A DNA stretch of 64,000 nt, taken from NCBI GenBank assembly GCA_034669905.1, contig JAXMOL010000005.1:1-64000 (forward strand), in the 5' to 3' direction. The position numbers were made by a program, and so were the translations under genes. This DNA is from Candidatus Hydrogenedentota bacterium (lineage in GTDB: Bacteria > Hydrogenedentota > Hydrogenedentia > Hydrogenedentales > JAEUWI01). Under the pieces are notes generated by a model. It did not search any database, had not been told where the DNA came from, and was given only the letters and a program-made list of their open reading frames with translations. Shown in pieces: positions 58,607-64,000 of the stretch; the first letter of the stretch is position 1; each line of letters opens with the position of its first letter.

Positions 58607-59464
58607 TCACTCCTCCGTACGCTTGATCGTCGCTTTCTCCTTCAGACTGGCGGTGAAGGCATCGATACAGGCATTTTCGCGCTCCGTCACAAGATGTTCG
58701 CGCACCTCTTCGATGACGTCTTCGAAATTCCGGGGTGCGGCGGGAATATGGTCAATCACTTTGGCAATATGCAACCCAAAGGGGGTCTTGAAGACACCAC
58801 TCACTTCTCCCGGTTTCATGGCAAAGACGACTTCTTCAAACTCTGGTACCATCTGGCCCCGCCCGAAAAAGCCCAGATCGCCATTGTCATCAGGGCAATC
58901 GTTGTTACTCTTGGTGAAGGACTCAAAGGGTTCTCCCGCCTCGATCTTCGCGCGAACTTCCTTCAGCTCGGCATGGGCGGCGTGTTCTTCCAAGGCGTTG
59001 CCCGAGCAATGGCGCACAATGTGGGCTGCGCGCACGTGCTCTTCGGTCTCAAAGCGCTCCGGGTGGGCGTCGTAGCAGGCGCGACACTCCGCGTCGGTCG
59101 GACGTTGCAGCTCTGCACAGACACGGTCCAGCATGGCATCAATTTTCATTCGCAGCGCTATATCGGCCTCGATAGCCGCCATGGTCAAGCCCCGGGCCGT
59201 CAGATACTCTTTGAAGGCTTCTTCACTGCCGGCGTTCTTGATCGCGACCTTCAGTTCCTTCTTGACGTCCACCGCCCTGATGTCCGGGCCATTGGTTTGG
59301 GCTTCCTGTCGAACGAGGGTCCGCTCGATCGTGGCGTTTTCGGCCCGGTCCTTCCGTTGGGCGTCGTCCAAATCCGCCATAGTGGGATCCTGGGCAATGA
59401 GTTCTGCTTCAACGGATAGAATTTCCGCTGTCTCTATCCGTTCATCATTTACAAAAAGGGACAC
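58607..59464 (-). CDS. PpiC/parvulin-type peptidyl-prolyl isomerase with a SurA-like N-domain
   Basis: VRAAHIV, GDLGFFGRGQMVPEFE and KTPFGLHI. GTG start inferred. Confidence 0.88.
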   Translation of the reverse strand: MSLFVNDERIETAEILSVEAELIAQDPTMADLDDAQRKDRAENATIERTLVRQEAQTNGPDIRAVDVKKELKVAIKNAGSEEAFKEYLTARGLTMAAIEADIALRMKIDAMLDRVCAELQRPTDAECRACYDAHPERFETEEHVRAAHIVRHCSGNALEEHAAHAELKEVRAKIEAGEPFESFTKSNNDCPDDNGDLGFFGRGQMVPEFEEVVFAMKPGEVSGVFKTPFGLHIAKVIDHIPAAPRNFEDVIEEVREHLVTERENACIDAFTASLKEKATIKRTEE

Positions 59465-59792
59465 GACAAATGCCTTCGTGGTTGGGTAATTCCATTGGGT
59501 AGGTACGCGCCAAGAGTGTAGCAAACCCGTTGCCAGCAATGCATCGGAGTGCCTGCTCCTCGTGTTGCCCCGATGGTATCGTATCCTGGAAACGCATTCC
59601 GTCTTACGACATGGCCTGCGCCACCCCTACCACGGGGAAATCCTGCGTACCGCCATAATTTCCGTTGATTTTCTTCAGGTCTCGGCGTAGACTCACAACT
59701 GAGAAAAAGGCACTAGATTTGGGTTCGTGCGCTCCACACCGATTGATGGACGCCGGGCACCAGGCACCATCATCAGGGAGAGAGTGAACTCT

Positions 59793-61148
59793 ATGAGCGA
59801 GCAAGCGGAGAAAGAAACTGCAAAATTCATGCGCGGATTGAAACGGCGCAACCCGGGGGAAAAAGAATTTCATCAGGCGGTGGAGGAATTCGTCGAGACC
59901 GTCATGCCCTACGTGCTCGAACATCCCAAGTACAAAAAGGCCCAGATTCTGGAACGCATGACCGAGCCGGATCGGACGATTGTCTTTCGGGTCACCTGGG
60001 AGGATGACGAAGGGAACGTCCGGGTTAACCGTGCCTGGCGCGTCCAGTTCAACAATTCCATCGGACCCTATAAGGGAGGCCTCCGCTTTCATCCTTCGGT
60101 TACCCAGAGTGTGTTGAAATTCCTGGGTTTCGAGCAAACCTTCAAGAACAGCCTGACGGGTCTGCCCATGGGCGGTGCCAAGGGGGGCGCCAATTTCAAT
60201 CCCAAGGGAAAAAGCGACCGGGAAGTCATGCGATTCTGCCAGTCCCTCATGATAGAGCTTCACCGCCATGTCGGCGAAGACACCGACATACCTGCCGGTG
60301 ATATTGGTGTGGGCGGTCGGGAAATCAGCTACCTATTTGGCCAATACAAACGGCTGGAAAACAAGTTCGTGGGCATTCTGACGGGCAAAGGACTTGCCTT
60401 CGGCGGAAGCCTCGTCCGCACCGAAGCCACCGGATACGGCAGCGTTTACTTTTGTGAGAACATGTTTAACCACCGGGGTGACAGCCTCCGGGACAAGGTC
60501 TGCACCGTATCGGGTTCCGGCAATGTCGCCACCTACACGGTTGAAAAAGCGATGGAACTCGGGGCCAAGGTTGTTACGCTTTCCGATTCGGGTGGGTTTA
60601 TCCATGACCCCGACGGGTTTACCCCCGAAAAGCTGGCCTTTGTCAAAGACTTGAAGGAGGTTCGCCGGGGACGTATTTCCGAGTATGTCGATGAGTTCAA
60701 GGGCAGCACGTTCCATGCGGACCAGCGGCCCTGGGGGGTTCCCTGTGACGTGGCCTTTCCCTCGGCCACCCAGAATGAAATCAGCGCAGAAGAAGCGGCC
60801 ACCCTACTTAAGAATGGCGTGCAGGCGGTAAGCGAGGGCGCGAATATGCCCACCGTGCTGGAAGGCGCACACCAGTTTATCGACGCCAAAATCCTTTACG
60901 GCCCCTCCAAGGCGGCGAATGCGGGTGGCGTCGCCGTCTCGGGCCTCGAACAGAGCCAGAATGCCCTTCGCCTCTCCTGGAGCCGCGAAGAAGTCGATAC
61001 CCGCCTGCAGGGGATCATGATGGACATCCACAAGCAGTGCGCCGCCCATGGAGTCCGTGCGGATGGTTCTATCAACTACGTGCAGGGGGCCAATATCGCC
61101 GGCTTCATCAAAGTAGCCGACGCGATGCTGGCCTATGGCTGTGTGTAA
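59793..61148 (+). CDS. gdhA: NADP-specific glutamate dehydrogenase
   Basis: EFHQAV, GPYKGGLRFHPSV, LPMGGAKGG, PAGDIGVG, EATGYG, GSGNVA and KAANAGGV. Confidence 0.96.
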   Translation: MSEQAEKETAKFMRGLKRRNPGEKEFHQAVEEFVETVMPYVLEHPKYKKAQILERMTEPDRTIVFRVTWEDDEGNVRVNRAWRVQFNNSIGPYKGGLRFHPSVTQSVLKFLGFEQTFKNSLTGLPMGGAKGGANFNPKGKSDREVMRFCQSLMIELHRHVGEDTDIPAGDIGVGGREISYLFGQYKRLENKFVGILTGKGLAFGGSLVRTEATGYGSVYFCENMFNHRGDSLRDKVCTVSGSGNVATYTVEKAMELGAKVVTLSDSGGFIHDPDGFTPEKLAFVKDLKEVRRGRISEYVDEFKGSTFHADQRPWGVPCDVAFPSATQNEISAEEAATLLKNGVQAVSEGANMPTVLEGAHQFIDAKILYGPSKAANAGGVAVSGLEQSQNALRLSWSREEVDTRLQGIMMDIHKQCAAHGVRADGSINYVQGANIAGFIKVADAMLAYGCV

Positions 61149-61165
61149 CCGGATTGGAAGACAAA

Positions 61166-62344
61166 ATGCCCGATTTTTTTGAACGCAGTTTAATAATTCA
61201 TGAGCACCTCCGCGGTAAGATTGGCACGTTCTGTAAGATGCCGATCGTGGATCATGACGACCTCTCGCTCGCCTATACCCCGGGAGTCGCCCGTCCGTGC
61301 AGCGTCATTGCCGAGGATCAGGAGAAGGCCCGTGACCTCACCCTGAAACGAAACTCCGTCGCCGTCGTAAGTGACGGCTCGGCCGTGCTTGGGCTCGGCA
61401 ATATCGGGCCCTACGCTTCCATTCCTGTCATGGAGGGCAAGGCTCTCCTTTTCAAAGACTTCGCCCGCATCGACGCCTGGCCCATTTGCCTGGACACGCA
61501 GGATGTGGATGAGATCGTGAATACAGTCCGGCTGATTGCCCCGGTCTTCGGTGGCATCAACCTGGAAGATATCTCCGCACCGCGCTGCTTTGAAGTGGAG
61601 GCGCGCCTGCAGGATATCGGTATTCCTGTCTTCCATGATGACCAGCATGGCACGGCCATCGTACTGCTGGCCGCCCTGTTCAATGCCACCAAGCTGGTCG
61701 GTAAAGAGATGGAGTCCCTGCGGGTGGTTATCAATGGCGCAGGCGCAGCGGGTACCGCCATCGCCAAACTGCTTCGCTGTGTCGGCCATGATCCCAATGT
61801 CTGCACCCCCGTAGCCGACGCGATCGTGTGCGACTCCAAAGGCGCGATTCACTCGGGCCGACAGGACCTGACGGACTACAAAAAGGACATGCTGTCCTAC
61901 ACCAATCGCGAAAATCGTACGGGCAGTCTCTATGAAGTACTGGTGGGTGCCGATGTATTCATCGGCGTCAGCAAAGGCGATCTTCTTCAGGCCTCCCATA
62001 TTCGCACCATGGCCCAGAACGCCATCGTGTTGGCCATGGCCAACCCAACGCCCGAAATCATGCCGGACGAGGCCCGTGCCGGCGGCGCGGCCGTGATCGG
62101 GACGGGACGAAGCGATTTCCCGAATCAGGTCAACAATGTGTTGGTATTCCCCGGCCTCTTCCGGGGTGCACTGGACGCCAAGGCTCCGACCATTACCGAA
62201 TCGATGAAGATGGCAGCGGCCCGGGCTCTGGCAGAGGCCACACGCAATGTAAGTGTCAACAAGATACTGCCCGATCCCCTGGACCGTACCGTAGCCTCCC
62301 AGGTGGCCCTGGCAGTCAGTGAAGCGGCCCTTCCACCGGAATAG
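61166..62344 (+). CDS. NAD(P)-dependent malic enzyme, short form without PTA domain
   Basis: SLAYTPGVA, PVMEGKALLFK, NLEDI, FHDDQHGTA, GAGAAG and GRSDFPNQVNN. Confidence 0.95.
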   Translation: MPDFFERSLIIHEHLRGKIGTFCKMPIVDHDDLSLAYTPGVARPCSVIAEDQEKARDLTLKRNSVAVVSDGSAVLGLGNIGPYASIPVMEGKALLFKDFARIDAWPICLDTQDVDEIVNTVRLIAPVFGGINLEDISAPRCFEVEARLQDIGIPVFHDDQHGTAIVLLAALFNATKLVGKEMESLRVVINGAGAAGTAIAKLLRCVGHDPNVCTPVADAIVCDSKGAIHSGRQDLTDYKKDMLSYTNRENRTGSLYEVLVGADVFIGVSKGDLLQASHIRTMAQNAIVLAMANPTPEIMPDEARAGGAAVIGTGRSDFPNQVNNVLVFPGLFRGALDAKAPTITESMKMAAARALAEATRNVSVNKILPDPLDRTVASQVALAVSEAALPPE

Positions 62345-62436
62345 CCCCCGCTCCCCCCTTTTGCCCCGCAGGGTTCCCCATACCTTCGGGGCATTTTCTT
62401 TCGAGTCACCGCGCCCCAGCGCCCGTGTCACGTATT

Positions 62437-62452
62437 CGGCACGTTTCTTGCC
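62437..62452 (+). promoter_or_regulatory. Sigma-54 (-24/-12) promoter
   Basis: CGGCACGTTTCTTGCC matches YGGCACG-N4-TTGC; intergenic and correctly oriented. Confidence 0.7.
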
Positions 62453-62566
62453 CTCATCATGATGTAATCCAGTTGGTATTGGCCGTTGCCCAAAGAGCAT
62501 ATGGAGCAGGGACCTCGGCCGCCCTCATTGAACTTATCCCGGACAACAGAGTAGGAGGATGAGCAA

Positions 62567-62893
62567 ATGAACGCTGTGGAAACGGAGTACAGGGCCTGTA
62601 TTGCGGCATGCCAGGAGTGTGTGGTGGCCTGTGAAGTGTGTATATCTCACATGCTTGTACAAAAAAGTAACAACGACTGCCCGAACTGTTGCCGACAGTG
62701 CATTGCGGTCTGCAACATGACCATTGGTGCCCTCTCGGGAGACTGGTTACACGCGGACAGCATGTGCAAACTTACGTCCGAAGTGGCCGCCTGGTGCGCC
62801 TGCAACTGTCGCGAACACGACAACGACGCGTGCCAACGATGCGCCGACGCCTGCGAACGCTGTGCGGCCATGTGCCGGGAATTGGTCGCGTGA
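62567..62893 (+). CDS. Four-helix-bundle copper storage protein (Csp3/DUF326-like)
   Basis: AGGAGG RBS, 19 Cys in CxxxC/CxxC spacing and no signal peptide. Confidence 0.88.
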   Translation: MNAVETEYRACIAACQECVVACEVCISHMLVQKSNNDCPNCCRQCIAVCNMTIGALSGDWLHADSMCKLTSEVAAWCACNCREHDNDACQRCADACERCAAMCRELVA

Positions 62894-63128
62894 CCCTCGG
62901 TTGAACGTGTTGGGACCGCTGCCCCCCCTTGGATGGGACAGCCCATCCCATCACGCCATGCCCCTCATCATCGGTCCGGAATGTCGCCCCCGCGACGGTC
63001 CGGGCCTTTTTTCTATCATCCTGTCGCGCCTGTCCTTTTCGCCCAGCGAGGCTCTCCGAGGGGCCCTGTCCATGGCAAGACGCAACTCCTGTTAAATGCC
63101 TGCTCCTTCCCACTCTTCCCGTGGAGAT

Positions 63129-63171
63129 GAAGAGAACCCGGAGTGCTCACCTGGGCAGGGAGCACTCCGGG
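63129..63171 (-). terminator. Probable terminator of the last gene
   Basis: CCCGGAGTGCTC/GAGCACTCCGGG 12-bp perfect stem, followed on the minus strand by TTCTCTTC. Confidence 0.6.
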
Positions 63172-63202
63172 ATTGGGACAGGATCACGTATCGGCTGTTG
63201 TA

Positions 63203-64000
63203 CTACATCACCGTAACGACGTAGGTGATATTCCGTAAGACTTCCACATTTCCGCTAACCGGGGTGTGGGCATGGAGACTCACGACATGACTTCCCCGCT
63301 CCTTGAATTCATAGGTCAGGGTATCGCCCTTGGCGACTTCCTTTCCGTCAATGCTCCAGACGTAGTGGGAATAGCCGACGGGCGCGATAAATTTCTGCGT
63401 GGTGTTCTGCTCCACTTCACTGTGCACCGGGGGCTCTGCCACGACGGTGGTGGCACCAAAGCCGGCGGCCACGACGCGCTCACCCTCTTTTTCCACATAG
63501 GTGAAGTCGTAGATTCCCGGCTCGGTAAAGGTGTAGTTCATCCGGGCATCTCCCACGCCGACCTGGATAGCCGTACCGTTGACCGCCCAGGCGTAGGTGC
63601 GGCCCTTGACCTGCTCCATGGGTACGGAGAGGGTCTGTCCTACGTAGTACACCTTGGGGAGGTTCAGACGGACGATTTCCTGTCCCAATTGCCGGGTCAT
63701 GCCAAGCCGGGACTTCAGTTCGTCCACGGTAATCCCGAGCCGGGCCGCACGGGACTCCAGACTGGAATAGAGCTTGTCGAGGGGGGCCATCACGGTGACG
63801 GTAGCCTTTCCATGGCCCGTGTCAATAACGAGGTCATAGGAGCCGATTTCCAGCAACTCGGAGGGTTTCACCGTAACCTGACCATCGGCTTTCGTCACGT
63901 CGATCATGTGGTCATAGTCGTGTCCACCGGCCCACAGCTTAACCGACTTAATGGCGGAAGCGGGTACGGCCTGTCCATTGTGTACTACGGAAATGGTCTC
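63203..64000 (-). CDS. Hypothetical protein with two PKD/Ig-like domains; 5' end outside the window
   Basis: Frame stays open to base 64000. YAWAVNG..YTFTEPGIY and YVWSIDG..YEFKERGSH repeats. Confidence 0.7.
   Translation of the reverse strand, partial: ETISVVHNGQAVPASAIKSVKLWAGGHDYDHMIDVTKADGQVTVKPSELLEIGSYDLVIDTGHGKATVTVMAPLDKLYSSLESRAARLGITVDELKSRLGMTRQLGQEIVRLNLPKVYYVGQTLSVPMEQVKGRTYAWAVNGTAIQVGVGDARMNYTFTEPGIYDFTYVEKEGERVVAAGFGATTVVAEPPVHSEVEQNTTQKFIAPVGYSHYVWSIDGKEVAKGDTLTYEFKERGSHVVSLHAHTPVSGNVEVLRNITYVVTVM

Noticed and set aside
58607..59464. Calling the PPIase nifM or the activator nifA
   Set aside because: No nif structural genes are in the window, and the motifs support only family-level calls.
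59708..59723. Sigma-54-like site AGGCACTAGATTTGGG upstream of gdhA
   Set aside because: The -12 element reads GG rather than GC; too weak to call without TSS data.
1..64000. tRNA, rRNA, integrase, transposase, prophage or defence genes
   Set aside because: No recognisable signatures were found by eye; a covariance and HMM scan would be needed to exclude divergent ones.

Overview
GC-rich bacterial chromosomal window. (Gly-Glu)n-linker surface proteins, a prepilin-type/H-X-DG protein and several BACON/VWA lipoproteins suggest Candidatus Hydrogenedentes; this is inference, not tested. Housekeeping genes: PfkB-family kinase, ROK kinase, gltX, secA, yjbQ, a parvulin PPIase, gdhA and malic enzyme. 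The rest is mostly cell-envelope, glycan and signalling genes. No tRNA, rRNA, CRISPR array or transposase was seen. Best leads: (1) a cobalamin riboswitch controlling two paralogous surface proteins built from a duplicated beta-rich domain, (GE)n stalks, EF-hands and a shared Gly-Cys/TM/basic tail, a candidate B12-capture system with no Btu transporter in the window; (2) a small leader-like peptide with its own promoter, followed by an LRR lipoprotein and two giant BACON/VWA lipoproteins; (3) an operon of three apparent pseudo-enzymes (TMTC-like GT-C, GH38-like, CPBP-like) plus a nearby degenerate sulfatase; (4) a GH78 rhamnosidase fused to an intact L,D-transpeptidase domain beside its unfused paralog; (5) an MshEN-PAS-GGDEF fusion; (6) a ~300-bp tandem array of REPIN-like palindromic modules at the left edge; (7) a consensus sigma-54 promoter before a Csp3-like copper-storage gene. 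Start codons were adjusted from the ORF track using RBS and sequence context; family calls rest on motifs recognised by eye, not on database searches.
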